Assembly: GCA_046563655.1 (NCBI GenBank) | Contig: CM102290.1 | Coordinates: 9,920,001-9,984,000 of the forward strand | DNA: 64,000 nt | DNA from: Yuukianura sp. NJ FZ-2021 | Taxonomy: Eukaryota | Reading direction: 5' to 3' | Shown: positions 50,501 through 63,696 of the stretch, piece after piece | Numbering within the stretch: the first letter of the stretch is position 1 | Layout of the letters: every line of letters begins with the position of its first letter | Made by a program: the position numbers and the translations under genes | The notes under the pieces: generated by a model | Seen by the model: the letters and a program-made list of their open reading frames with translations, nothing else | Databases searched by the model: none | Told to the model about the DNA's origin: nothing

Positions 50501-52333
50501 CTCGGGAGACTGGGCCATGAAGGAGGGTGTGGCGGGTTTCAAATGATACAAATGACTATTGATCTAAATCTGTCTGTTCCTTTACTAGGTGCGAGAGTGT
50601 GTGTGGATGTAGCGGTATTTCGGTAGCAGAGGATTTTTCTGGATTTGGAATGGTCGCTTGACATATTGTCCTGTCACAGCAGTACAGCTTCTTGACGATA
50701 CTGGTGTTTCGGGACATATTGTTAACTTCCATTCCCATTCATCCCAACATCCAGAAACACAGCTCGGTCGGTATCCACGACGGTTTCACAAGACTAAAGC
50801 GGAGTTAACATAACCTAACATTGGGCGAGCCACTAACACGACTATCGAAACGTTACTACTTCAGATGTCAACGACTCAGAAGTCAACATGGCCTGACACG
50901 CCGCCGCTGTGTATGTACCGGTGTGGCACATTAACTGAAACCGAAGATATAAGAACCGAAGAATTGAAACGAGACGGAAAAGCCTTCGGCGAAAGCTTGT
51001 TCGGACCAACTCGAGTTTGGAAAAGTTTAGAAGACGAAAAGATAAAAGAAGTAGCGAAGACTTTTCCAACTTAATTTCAAAAGACACCAGCAGTTAATCA
51101 GGAAAAATAAAAAACGAAATCTGGATTTTCTCGGACTTTTTTCTTAGTAACTTCGTTCATTTTTCCATACTCCAGCATGAGAGATGGTAGCAGGCGGTGC
51201 CTAAACGGTTTAAAGCTAGGGTGCTAGCAGTCTAATAAGTCCTAGTTCAAGGAAAACTTTGTTATTAAATCCCATGTTATCATTTGCATAGGATCCAAGA
51301 TACCCGGGTAACTTGATTCGACCGAGTCAAGGACGGATGAGATTAATTTGTCAACTTTTAGCAGCATCTCGTCACTTTAGCCTGTCACTAGAAAAACTCT
51401 ATCTTTCATCTCCTAAATCTGCAAATGCTCAAAGACAGACAGGGAAAGTGGATCTTCCAGATTTCTGGACCCTGGAAGAGATAGATAAAAATGATTTCAA
51501 CTAGCATCACAGATCACAGCCAAAGTGAAACAGAGAGTACATGAAAAAGCGGGGGCTTTTGAAAAGCGAAAAAACGTTTTCGAATCTCAGAGACGGTCAA
51601 CGTCGAAACGTTTTGTAATCGCAAGATCTGACGGTTTTTTTTTGTGGTAGCCTTCCGCTTCCGGTGTCGAGTATTAAGTGTCCAATAAAATGAACTGGCA
51701 GGCAAATGAAAATTTTTTATAACAATAGAACTTAATTACGAAGTGGAACGAGAACGCGCCTTGAGCCACTACAATAAACAATGCCAATTCAATATCAATT
51801 TCGTGATTAATTGGTAACTCTCCTGCTGCCAATTGACAGACTTCCGAAACACGACTTACCTCTAGAGGTTACACGAGAACCTGCGATACACAAATACAAA
51901 TGATTGATTTAACATTCGCCGAAGTGCATGTGAGGATAAGAACACTTAAACACGTTATCTGCAGAATTAATCCAACTGAATAGTTTACTTTGTTACATTA
52001 TTAACTGAAGTTAAATTAAATTGGTTACCGGAAGTATGTAAACTTTAAAGTTGTTAAAAGAGAGAAAGAATAAACCTTGCGATTATTAGTGCGTAAAAAA
52101 GGAATTCGTCTCAATTCATAACTAAGTTATAGCGTCGCAGCGTCAATGCAGAGTTAGGCGCCCGCTCCTTTCCGGTATGGTCCGATACTTTTACCGGTTC
52201 CTCGGTTTATCGGTTCAGACCAGTGCAACACTAAAGCGTACTCTACGAAAAACTGCCAACATTAAAAATTTCTTTAAATCAGCGATACTAATGGCCGGTT
52301 CCACCATTATAGGGTAAATTAAAACGGAGTTTC

Positions 52334-52869
52334 GGTTGAAGTAAACTTGGGCGGCCAGACTGTCCCCACCCGTTCAAATTTTCGCGCTGCTTCAATTGTA
52401 CCCACCCAGTGTCCCCACCGGATGGATACATTTGCCCCCACCACAACCAAAAGCAGTACGTCCACCTAGCGGCAATACAGTAACCTCTGAATTCAAGCTG
52501 GCAACGTTCCCTTCTTTTTTGATTTGCTAAATCCTGTTATATTTTCCCGCGCCGAAGGCGCGGTGTTAGGTTTGGTTAAGCACGCAATCGTGATTACGTC
52601 TGTAGCTTTGGCTGACTGAGTTTCGCTATATTGATTCCATGTGCCATTGGTGGGTACAATGGAGCAATGGTACAACGTTGCCAGCTCGAATTCGCTAGTT
52701 CCACTTCAACCGCTAGGGGGACTCGGTGTCAGGCTGGTGGGTACAGATTTTTCCCCACCAAGTGGAGACATTTGTCCCCACCAGGTGGGGACAATGGGTG
52801 GGGACAATTGAAGCAGCGCGAAAATTTGAACGGGTGGGGACAGTCTGGCCGCTCAAGTTTACTTCGACC
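52334..52869. mobile_element. MITE with long TIRs (Mutator- or Merlin-like), 536 bp
   Basis: About 85 bp of near-perfect inverted repeat: GGTTGAAGTAAACTTGGGCGGCCAGACTGTCCCCACCCGTTCAAATTTTCGCGCTGCTTCAATTGT... and its reverse complement ending at 52869. Perfect TSD GGAGTTTC (52326-52333, 52870-52877; 9 bp if the terminal C is counted). Internal TGTCCCCACC repeats. Confidence 0.9.
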
Positions 52870-53436
52870 GGAGTTTCAATATTTAATTGAAAATTAAAGA
52901 ATCAAACCGGAGAAACTCGGAGGGTTAAAATTAACCAGAGTTTAAGCAGAGTAGGAATGCAAAAATTTGGATACCTTCCATGTTAAAATTAATTGATGCA
53001 TAATTAAGGTAATTGAGTTTAAAAGTAGAACTAGTTTCCGCTCTACCTCGTGTAACTTTAACCTGCAATGGTCGAACCGGTCATAAATGTTACATAAATT
53101 AGTATATTCAAACACATTCGAATTTTTAAAAGCATTAATATTGTGCCAAGTAATGAAAACAACATAAAAGCGCAAAATACGAGAACAGTTTGTTTCAATT
53201 AAAAGCGCAACGTCAATAAATCTGTTTCGAATGCCGGTTTAACTGATTTGCAGTGTTCTATAAGCAAAAACAGATGCTGTGCAATTTAATTATTTTCTCT
53301 GAGCTGTTATTACTTGTTATTGAATTTAATTCACTTTTTTAAATTTTAAATAAGAAACCGGTACATCTTGCCGAGCCAAATCTTGCAAGGAGCGAACCTA
53401 TGTTTACTGATAAAGTGTCACGTTTTTATAGAATTC

Positions 53437-53451
53437 CGCGCGAAATTCAAA
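53437..53451 (+). promoter_or_regulatory. E2F/CDE-CHR (DREAM-like) composite motif
   Basis: CGCGCGAAATTCAAA (reverse contains TTTCGCGC; TTCAAA fits TTYRAA), immediately upstream of the unassigned + strand unit. Confidence 0.4.
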
Positions 53452-53499
53452 TTTGAGGTTTTCTTTGTTTTTGTTTACATTTTGTCGTGTGTGTATTTT

Positions 53500-55512
53500 T
53501 TTGATTTGTGTTTAACCTCTGTTCTCCCTCATCACCCATTAGGAAATGCCTGCCCGTAATTCAATTTAATCGTCGTTACTTGTCAAAGACAAAGAGTGAG
53601 TGAAGGGCACCGCATTTCAATATTGGGTTCGTTAATCAATTAAAATTTCCTGGACGTGAATTGTGTCATATTTGCTGCAAGTATCAGTAAAAGTAATCCG
53701 TTTAGTCTTGCCCATAAAATTGAAATTCTGTAAGTTATGTTAATTTTCATTCAACTTATTTGATTCTTATCGGCTTCTGGTTTTCATTGAACAAAATCGT
53801 CTAATATTAAGATTAACCTGACTCAAATTGAATCATTCAAGCGGATATTGCTGCTACAGCTTAATTTGGTAAGTTAGTTTAAACTAATCGTAGCGCCGAT
53901 TACGAACAATTCCGTGTGATTTTCGGTTTTCAGAAAAATCCGTGTGCCAATTGAATTGAAAAAACGTGACGGAAATACCCATAGTCGGCCGGTAGTTTAG
54001 ATGTGTCATTTGACATGGCTGTTTACTACTTAATTTGATAGTGAGATAAACGCTAAATTGACAATTGACTACAAGCAGACAAGTGTCAAGTGTCAAGAGA
54101 TTTTCACTTCTGGATTAATGACAAAATTAACCCCAATCTCCTCCCTCTCGGCATCTCACATGTCATTCAGAAGTTGTCTTGTCCCTTTGACAGATCCAAT
54201 TCCAAAACTATCGAAAATAATTTCCAAATTCTTTGAAACAATGCCAATATCCGTGTCTTTAGTAGGAAATAAAATTTTGATTATTTTCAGATTCAGGAAA
54301 ACCTGGAATTCGAAGTCGTCAAGAACAAGATGCCGGAATTTCCATGAGGCCTTTCACAGTTTGATTTGGATCCAAATTGTTCAAGAAACAAACAAGTCAG
54401 CTACGCTCAACCTTAACCAAGTAAATTACGAAGCTGTTGTTCATATTGAACTAATTGAATTGAAAGGGAAGTTGTTATTGCCTGCTCTAGAAGTTCTAAT
54501 TTGCTTCATGACCTTCTTTCTAGCACCACCACCGTCACTACTCAAATTGATGGACAAGACAGGATGCTCAACCTTGCTTTACGACCATATCCTTCAATTG
54601 GAACCTTCAGACAACACGCAAAAGCTTCAGCAGTGACTGACAATGTCCAGTTGACCACTCGACTATCGACCTCTACTCTCGTCCGCAGGAAAGTGAAAAC
54701 TAACTTATGCTTATGAAATTAAAATGTCTCACCGTTCAAACTCAATCCTTCAGTGTTTGTCCTTCTGTTAGAAAGTGTCCAACTCCAACGGTGTTTCCCA
54801 CGGTTCCGATTGATTCCTTTCTAGGTGATTTGGATGATTGCTCTGCTCGTTCTGAATACTTTGTGACTTCTTCAAAGGTAAACTTTTTTGAACAGTTATT
54901 TGAAAATACTGCTACAAATTGAGACTCAAGTGTTGTACTAATGATCACAATCACGGTTGGTTCTAAACTAATTATTGCTCGTTCTAGATTTCCTCAGCTG
55001 AGGTGCTTGTCAACGAGGAACCTGGTACATACCACTTACCACCGTGGATAATTGGTTTTTACAAGAGCTCAGATTCGGCAGAGGACGAGATTCGTAGTGC
55101 GAGTGGTGAATGAGAGGGCAGATTATTTGTCCCTCCTCAGCTTGCAGCCAGAACGAACGACCAGCACAAGGAATACCCTCCCTCGTAAGTTCTGTTCGTG
55201 AAGAATATATCCAAAACTAACCCTGTGAGTCTGCGTATTCCGTCCATTCTGAATCAACTTCCTTTTCGAAATCAGGTACAGCACCAAATCCACAATCAGG
55301 CATTTGATCTTGACTCAAGAACAAGACAGGTGAGAGAGCAAAATGCAACAACGACTAAACGAACCGCACCAGTCCAACCGAGCTTCACTGCGTTTGGCTT
55401 CACTCTCACTCTCTCCTCAGTCTCCATCAACTGCCAAATTGAAATCGAGTTAAGGGCTCTCTCAGTCCTATGTTTCCTTTATTTCTTGATCGGAGTTACA
55501 AGAGACTTCTAA
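53500..55512 (+). other. Unassigned multi-exon transcription unit (lncRNA, orphan small protein or decayed gene)
   Basis: Series of + strand splice signals (donors at 53596 GTGAGT, 53730 GTAAGT, 53869 GTAAGT, 54421 GTAAAT, 54878 GTAAAC, 55185 GTAAGT; acceptors ending 53859, 54290, 54523, 54987, 55275) bounding GC-richer exon-like blocks. Longest ATG-initiated spliced ORF found is 98 aa (54707-54877 + 54988-55113), with no recognisable family. Confidence 0.4.
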
Positions 55513-55822
55513 ATCTATGAATAGTAAAAAAGGAGAAAATTTAAATCAAAACTAAAAGAATTTTTTTAAAAGCATTTTTTGAAACCTTAACGGTATACCG
55601 AACGTCACCCTTTCAGTCAGTCACCATTCTCGTGGAATTTAATTTGTTACGGGAGCCGACGATTCTTGATGGATTTCTAGCTATTTGACAGGAACTGTGA
55701 AGATGGAGCTAAAGATTTGACGCTAAAAGGGTCTTTGAGATCTAATGTAGACAAAAATCACAAAATCCCGACGCGCAGCATGCAGGATGAACGTCGTAAA
55801 TTGTTCCAGAAACGATTGATAT

Positions 55823-57183
55823 TCAGAATCGACTTGACAGAACTTCATCCAGTTTGACTTCCAAGCTTTCACTTAACTTTTCAGCAAATTCTGGCGTAAT
55901 GTGGACACGATACTTCGGCTCGTCCAGCTTGTCAGAACCGAATCGAGAGAGGAAGCCCATCTGAATCAGATCTTCAATGCAAGACTGGAGCCCTGTGTCT
56001 GGCCAAAATCTGGCGTCAGAAAGTTTTCCAAAAATGGCGACAATTCTTGGTTGTGGAATTGCGACCTTGCTGCTTCGGTTTGGAGCGTCGGCTCGTTTAT
56101 GTTTCATTTTCGTTCTTGCTTTGACAAAAACTTTACGATCGGTCGTAGCTGGATTCAGTGAAGCGATGAAAGCAGCGAGAAGGAAATACGCCAGCACTTT
56201 TGGCATTTCACAGGCGTTTGCTGCCGGTTTGTCTTCAACTAATTTTATAGCTCGGTTATGGCGTTGTGCAACGTCGCTTTTTAGCAACTCTAGAATACTT
56301 TTGTACTTTTTGTTGAGTTCCTCTTGTGTTGGATGTCCGGTCGGGGCGAAATTTTCCAGAAAAAGAGCTTGTCGCTTTTCAACTAGTTTCCACAGTGCTT
56401 TCAAGTCCCTGGTCGCGGCGTGGTGAATGTTTACGACCATATCGACGTAGAATTCGAAGGCGTAGGTGTTTGTACTTGGTGGTGCTCTGGAGGATATGAT
56501 CTGGACAACTTCCGTTATCGTATACTGGGGAAACTGGAGCTGCAGAGGAAGCGGGCAGTCTGTGACATGCGAGTAACAGCGCCACGGTAAGTGGCTGAGC
56601 AGGATCACACATATGTTATGGCCGGAATACTCACGCAGTCGCATAAACAGTCTCAACACATCTTCGTTTTCTGTTCGTAGGATATCGATGTGATCAACGA
56701 CGATTACTAAAGGTTGCTGCTTCAGAACTTCTCGTCCGATCACCCGAAATTGCGATACAAAGGAGTCTAGACCGTCAACTTTTTGTGTCTGTTCGAACCA
56801 AGACGTTTTCTGGAGTAGTTGCCGATAAATTGATTGGAGAAGGACTTTCCAGCCACAATTGACCTCGACGGCGTCTACGTATATCTGATATGGAATGCCA
56901 GAAGATTTCAAGCATTCGTCCAAGACATAAGACTTGCCAGTGTTCGTTTGACCCCACAAAAATATGGAAGGTGGCAACAATCGCTTGGAACGATTCTACA
57001 AATTCACAAAAAAAAATCAGTACAATTCAGTTTCTTCATTTAAAAACAGTACAAAATCAAAGACGTTTAAATTGTTATTACAACAGTTTGCAATGATTCG
57101 CTGTCACGAAAGGTCAAACTTACCGGTTTGTTCGTACCAAGAGCAGTTTTGATAAAGTTATGTTGCTGAGCTCGTAAATCCAT
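55823..57183 (-). CDS. ORC5: Origin recognition complex subunit 5, ~410 aa, 2 coding exons
   Basis: Exons 57183-57124 (MDLRAQQHNFIKTALGTNKP) and 56995-55823. Walker A PSIFLWGQTNTGKS, Walker-B-like VIVVDHID, LFMRLRE, FPQYT, and C-terminal YFLLAAFIASLNPATTDRKVF and LDEPKYR motifs typical of ORC5. A short 5' UTR intron is likely at 57202-57252. Confidence 0.95.
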
Positions 57184-58527
57184 CGATCAGATGCGAAAGA
57201 TCTGAAAGTAATTTCAACAAATCAAATCAAATATTACTTTGTGTTACCTTACCTAGAAATAAACAAAGAGAGAAGACAAAGAAAGGATCTTACGGTTAAA
57301 AACATGTAATCTTTTTTTTAAATGTAAAGTCTCTCAAATAACCCGGTGCCTGCACGAGTGTTTTCTAGAGGTCAAAGGTTACACTCACAAGTCACAAAAG
57401 TTTTGCCGCTTGGCTTGGCTCCCGCCTCACAAAAACAAAAGATTAAAGTTTCAATTTTTGTGAGTTAAATTTCGCAAATGCCCAGCACTGATATTTTCAT
57501 TTTTCGAAAGGGGGAAAGAGAATGGTTTTTGTAGGGTATGCATCAAATACGCAATAAAGTCTTATAATAATTTTAAAATAATTATGATATAAAATACATA
57601 CTACTTATGCAAGATACTTTTGCATACTCCTAGTCATAAATGAGTAGGTAATAACAAATTCTGAAAATGTATTTATAAACTTAAGGGGAAATTACGTACA
57701 ACGTATAAATTTGCTTGTAGAAAAATGTGCTGTCATAAAAATTAATTTAATTTTAATTAATCTATCGTTTGTAAAAATACTGATTTCAATTTGCTGTAGT
57801 TTCTTTTATGAAATATTTCAGTAAATACTTATTTCATTTTTCACCTAACAAATGTGTTAAAGGCGTAGCTGCGGGGCGGCAATACTCAGCTTACTATGGT
57901 CAAGATCATAGCATTGCTTTTTGATGGGAAAAATGGTGTAACTTGTTTTTGCCCTCCATACCATAACACAGGATCTCAAATTTCAATTCACATCTACTGA
58001 AAAGTTAAAGTCCCTTTAGAAATGTAAACCATTTCAATTTTAATTTAAGTTATACTAAATTGACGAATTTTAGTAGACTCCCGGTTTTAATTAGTTATCG
58101 TCGTACCCCGTACTCTCACATACCCGTCTGTTTTAACCAGCAGGGTATTCGTTGCAGGTCTTTAGTATAATTTAACTTAATCTGACAGCGATATTACCAG
58201 TACTAGGGTTATTTGTTTACCTCCATTTATCTTTAGATCAATCGATTATACTTCTTTACAGTTTGAATAACTGTTTTGACACCATCTTTTTTAAGTCCCG
58301 AAAAGGTTATGATCTTAACGTTACGTTCGTACAATGGATTAGGACGGATCCAGAGTCAATGGAAGTTCTAAAACAGTCCACTGAACGCCTCCATTCCTCT
58401 TTACCTTCCAACTGTAACTCTTCCTTAAACTCAAACTTAAAATTAACGGGTAAAGAACCATTTCTTGACTTCCTGTTACTTTTGGCACTTGTTTTTTTAA
58501 TTACTTGCATTTTGTGGTGTTCCAGAG

Positions 58528-61500
58528 ATGAGTTGCCCGGAGAAGGAGGACGGAAGTACTCCTACTCCGCAGACACCTTTACAAACACCACACCCCCACA
58601 ATGGACCTAAGTTCAAGGCCTACAAGCTTCTACTGGATCCATGTCTGGTCAAAGGGGCAACGAAGTTATATCGTTTCGATGGAGTGGTTCAAGACGATCC
58701 AACATACCCACCGGTCGTGTGTCGTGACCCACGAAGTGCACTCTCATTGTCGCGTAGCTGGAATAGACAAGAGGTCCTTGAATTGCCTTTACCGCGATTC
58801 AAGGTAAATAAGTTCTGAATGCTATAAATATGATATGATATGCTGGTTTTTCATTAAGCGTTTTACTTCTTTCGTAGATTGATGCAGACTATGTTGGGGT
58901 TCCACCTCCTGTGCAAGTTAGTATCACCAACCTCAACGATAATGTTGATAGAGTCTTTCTACTTGACTTGGTAAGGTCCAATGTATTACATAGAGCTCAC
59001 CATCTATGTCTGCGTGATGTTGATTTCGTATTTGTTTTTTTTTAATGTTTTTTTTTAGCTTCAAAAGTTTGGCCGAGTCGAAGAACTACAAATTTATTAT
59101 CATCCAGTCACTAGTAAGCATCTCGGTATTGCCAGAATATTGTTCGAGGACAAAGCTGCCTCAAAAGCTTGTGTCGCCAAACTCCACAATTCTCCTCTCA
59201 TGGGTAACATCCTCAGTGTATACTTCGATCCGAGATTTTTAAATATCGATGCCCTGTACAAAGAACTAATCGAGGAAAAGAAACCGGAACCACCACCACC
59301 CAAGAAAGAAGAGAAAAAATCTGAACCGGAAGCGAAAAACAAGCATACTCCGACCAAGACCCGCCAGCCACCACCGGCCCCTCATATCACTCCACCAAAA
59401 GTTCCACCGGCTCCGCCAATGCCAACTAATGCCAATACAGCATCACCATTTAAAATTCCACCGCCAGTTGCACCCACAACGTCCGGAACTGGAACTCCTC
59501 AACATCCGCCACCTCCTATGCAAACTCCTCAGACACCACTCTACTCAATGCCAGCTCCTGTTCCTTATCCGATGCCATCAACATCAGTTCCTTATCCTCC
59601 GTTCAACTTACCATTGGCTTATCCACTTCCACCTACCTACAATTCCTTTTCACCTCTACTGCTTCCCAGCTCCATGGACAAAATGCCTGTCAGTGTACCA
59701 CCACCGCCACCACTTTCCCAGATTAAGAAAGAGATTGTGTCACAAGTGAAGACGGAGAGTCCTGAGGCAAACGAAACGTTCAACAGTGTCAACTCCGCAT
59801 CGGTAATCGTTCCGCTCGAAGCTACCTTTCAACTCGTGTCAATGAAAACGGAGACTGAAGTCGATGTGGAGGAATATTGCGAAGAAGAAGCTCGAAGTCC
59901 ACAGATGGACCTTGACACTAGGATTAAATTGCTGCTCAAATCAAACAAGTCAACTCCATTTGGAAAGTTCCTTAATTTTAATATGAGTGACAGTGAAGAA
60001 GAGGAAGGGGATGCACGAGGGCGATTTCGTGGAGGTTTTACGATTCGGAAACGAAAGAGCTTGTGTATTAGTCGTAGTGAAATTTGGCAAAGTGAAAACA
60101 GTGAACCTGAAGCGTCACCCCCGCGGCCAAAACAGCGTCGTACTGACAGTCCTCCACCTTCACCATTTCTGCCGGATGGAAAGAAGTTGGGAGAATGGAA
60201 ACCAGTCAACGGAGTTTCATTTTCTCAACAAGTAAGCTGAATAAATATCTATTATTGCATTAACTTTTGCTGTTAACTTAAAAATATGCAGGGCGAGTGA
60301 TTGATTAATTAAATTAAATTATTACTTGCAGCTTGCAGATCTAGATCAAGTTTCAGAGGACTCAGAAATCGAATTGCCAAAAGAAAAGAAGGAAACCGAC
60401 TGTGGATTTGCCCTGCCAACAGACATTCCTCCGACTGTTTCATCGAGTGGCTATAATGCAATGTCCCATCCGCCAATGTCACAATCATGTCCAACGTATC
60501 TACCTCCAGAAATGGTTGCTCATTACTATCAAACCGCTGCAACAACTGAAGCTTACATGCAACAAATGGCAACCTACAACGCATACCCACAAGGATACCC
60601 AGTGTATCCACCACCACCATCGTCAACAGTATCATGGTCATCAGGCCCCAATTCAACTGCAGACTTTAACTACACTCAAATGGCATATGCTGGACAAGTT
60701 CCTTACTATGACCACATGCAGCAGCAGCAGCAGTTTGAGGCACCACCTCCTCCTCCGCCAGACATTCCTGTCATGTCACCCAAAACGGAGCTTCGAGCCT
60801 CTACCAAAGAGATATCCATGTACTACTGCCTTATTTTGTTGTTTTTGAGTAGTCCAATTAAAGTTACACTTATAATTAAATACAAAGTTAACTTTCCTGT
60901 TTTGAGTAATTTAATTGTAATTAATTAACTTTAGGACGGTGCTCGGCCAACTTACGAAAGAGTTGAAGCTCATCCTCCGACGAGACTGTGAAAAGCGGCT
61001 CATCGAGGTTCTTTCCTTCAAACTCTTCGAAAGCTGGTGCGACGAACAAGTGAAATTGTACAAGGTGAGTAATGAGTAATTGACATTTTAGTACGGTTTA
61101 CTTTAAAGGGTTGAGTGACTAAATGAATTGAAAATCAATTGATTATTAGGAGATGAAAGAGCAGAGAGATCGTGAAAACAAGAAAGCTGCAGAAGAGAAG
61201 ATGAATGGCAAATTGGAAATGACAATCACAGAAGATGCTCTGAGTGGCTTTGGGTTTCGCTCAATTAGTAAACTACCTTCGTTCAAGGTAACGCTTTGCT
61301 AAGAATTATAATAAAAAACTTACCAATTAGAACTTAAAAACTATGTGGCTAACTTTGATTAACGTATAGATTCACAAGAAAGTGGTTCCTCCAGTGGTTC
61401 CGGTGAAGGAAGAACCTGCTCCACTTCCAGAACCTGAGGAAGAGGAGGAAGAAGAAGAAAATGAAAAGAGTGAAGACGAAAATGAAAAGAGTGAAGAAGA

Positions 61501-63476
61501 AAATTCCGAGTCAGACAATGAGGTATGATCATTTGAATTTCCAGCTCATAAGATGAATTCACGCTAACCAATATATTGAACTATTTTTTAAGGTTGAACA
61601 CAAGCGTCGTCCTGTACGTCGTCTCACTTTGTCTTCAGATGAATCAGAAGGTAAGTCAAACGTTCATAAGCATGTATTAACTTGATTGCAAACTTGATTA
61701 GTACTGCGATGATTTTACAAATTTATTTTTACCCTTTATTACAGAATCTTCATCAGACGGTTTGCCAGCTATTCCATCACATAAGAACAAGAAACCGAAA
61801 GAAGAGAAGCAAAAGACTAAAGGAAAACCAACACCAGTTGTATGGTCGGAGGAAAGGTATGGAGAATATTTCCAAACATTTTGGATTGAATCAAGCATTT
61901 TTTTTGTGAATTTGAATTTACACTGATCAATTTATTCGCTTTGAATTTTTAGCGGTTCGGAGGAATCCATGTTATCACCGAAACCAATCGCTACATTCCT
62001 TGAATTACCCAAGGAGAAGGATCCCTTGGAGTCAGCAGCAGCCGAAGAAGAGAAGCGAAAGAAGGAGCTGGAAGCACTGCTCGAGCGGAAGAAAGCAGCG
62101 TTCGAACAAGCCCTCCAAAGTCCACTACGTCCTTCGTCACCTGAAAGAGTATCTATTGAAGGGCCGTATGTTCATACGTATGACCATAACTATTCCATGC
62201 CCTGGAGACCTACTGTTCCTGAACCCCCTCCGGTTGCCGAGGTCAAACCAGTCATTCCGCCTGTTCCAGTGTTGAAGCCGAAGAATGAACCAGTCAAACC
62301 CTTGCCGAAGCCGAAGGCTACTGCTCGACGAGGAACTCGTGCTAAACCAGAACCAGTCTTCTCTCCAGTCAAACCAGTCAAGACTATTACGTCCTTTGAG
62401 CAGCGATCACAGGCAGAGCAAACGAAGATTCTGACTGAATTTCTGTTCGCTGGAGTGGATCTCGAAGACATCATGTATTTTAAGAGTTGTTTCGAGAATA
62501 TGAAGAAGGATCCGGCTCAGGTAAGTAACAAAGTTATTTAGTTATTTTAGTTTAATTATTTTGTTAGTTTAGTTTTATTAAAAAAAATGGAAATTGTAAC
62601 ATGCCTGAGTTGCTCTTAGGCTTGGATTACCCGGACACATTGGAAGGACCATCCGCCAACGAAAATCTTGGAACGAAAGAAAAAGTCGAAGCGCCGAGTG
62701 CATGCTAGCGGTTCTGCGAGGACAGAAGGATTTTATCATCTGGATGAAGACGAGAAACGACGGCACAAGATGCAATGGGCGAAGGTTATGACAGTAGAAT
62801 ACAGTGCTCCTGGAACCGCTGGAGCCGTGGGTGTGACGGCTCTTGTTCATGAAAAACATCAAGGAAAAACTCAAATTGAAAAGTCGAGAGAAGCGAGGTC
62901 TCAACAACGTCGCATTCTGACTGCCCTTGGAACAGAAGTTACATCTACGTCGGATCTGCTCAAGTTCAATCAACTCAAATTTAGAAAGAAGAACCTGTGT
63001 TTCCGCCGAAGTACGATTCATGACTGGGGTCTGTTTGCTGCTGAACCAATCGCTGCTGACGAAATGGTTATTGAGTACGTGGGACAAACGATTCGACCGT
63101 ACTTGGCGGATGTACGAGAACAGAAATACGAGAAGCAAGGCATTGGATCCTCGTATCTGTTCAGAATCGATTTGGAGAACATCATTGATGCTACTAAATG
63201 TGGAAATCTATCGAGATTTATCAATCATAGTTGCAATGTAAGTCCTCGTCAGTCGTCTGATTGTAAATTCCAAAGGTAACTGATGAATCTTTGTTGTTTT
63301 AGCCAAACTGCTATGCTAAGGTGATCACAATACAAGGGGAGAAAAAGATTGTAATTTACTCAAAAGAAGCAATTGCCGTGAATGAAGAAATAACTTACGA
63401 CTACAAGTTTCCAATTGAGGAGAAGAAAATCATCTGTCTGTGTGGAACTCCGCAGTGTCGTGGAACCCTCAATTAA
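58528..63476 (+). CDS. SETD1: Histone H3K4 methyltransferase SET1/SETD1 (COMPASS catalytic subunit), ~1326 aa, 12 exons
   Basis: Exons 58528-58803, 58878-58970, 59059-60231, 60332-60819, 60935-61064, 61150-61287, 61370-61522, 61593-61650, 61745-61856, 61953-62520, 62620-63237, 63303-63476 (3981 nt, frame-consistent). N-terminal YKLLLDP...KLYRFDG...RDPR, RRM (ITNLNDNV...[11 protein letters not shown]), WIN motif GSARTEGFY, n-[29 protein letters not shown] ([31 protein letters not shown]), post-[16 protein letters not shown]. Confidence 0.97.
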
Positions 63477-63696
63477 AAGATCAACTTGGCGCCTGGAACA
63501 CTATTACGAGGAAATAATTTATTGCGTTTAGATAAGTGGTTAAAATTAATTAATAGTTTTAGACTTGTTTTACATTTCATACTCAGCTCCCCATACCCTC
63601 TCCTGTTTGACTCTTCTAAACACTTTGTTGGAAAATTAACTTTATTATTACTTGAATACCTGAAATTAACCGATCCATTAAATAGTTTACTCCGAT

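Noticed and set aside
54550..55184. Frame with three in-frame TGA codons, suggesting a selenoprotein, readthrough or antizyme-like frameshift
   Set aside because: No Sec-type redox motif, no SECIS or antizyme homology recognised; TGA is an ordinary stop in Musashi, ORC5 and MED21.
55901..63241. Antisense and alternate-frame ORFs over ORC5 and SET1
   Set aside because: Shadows of the real coding exons.
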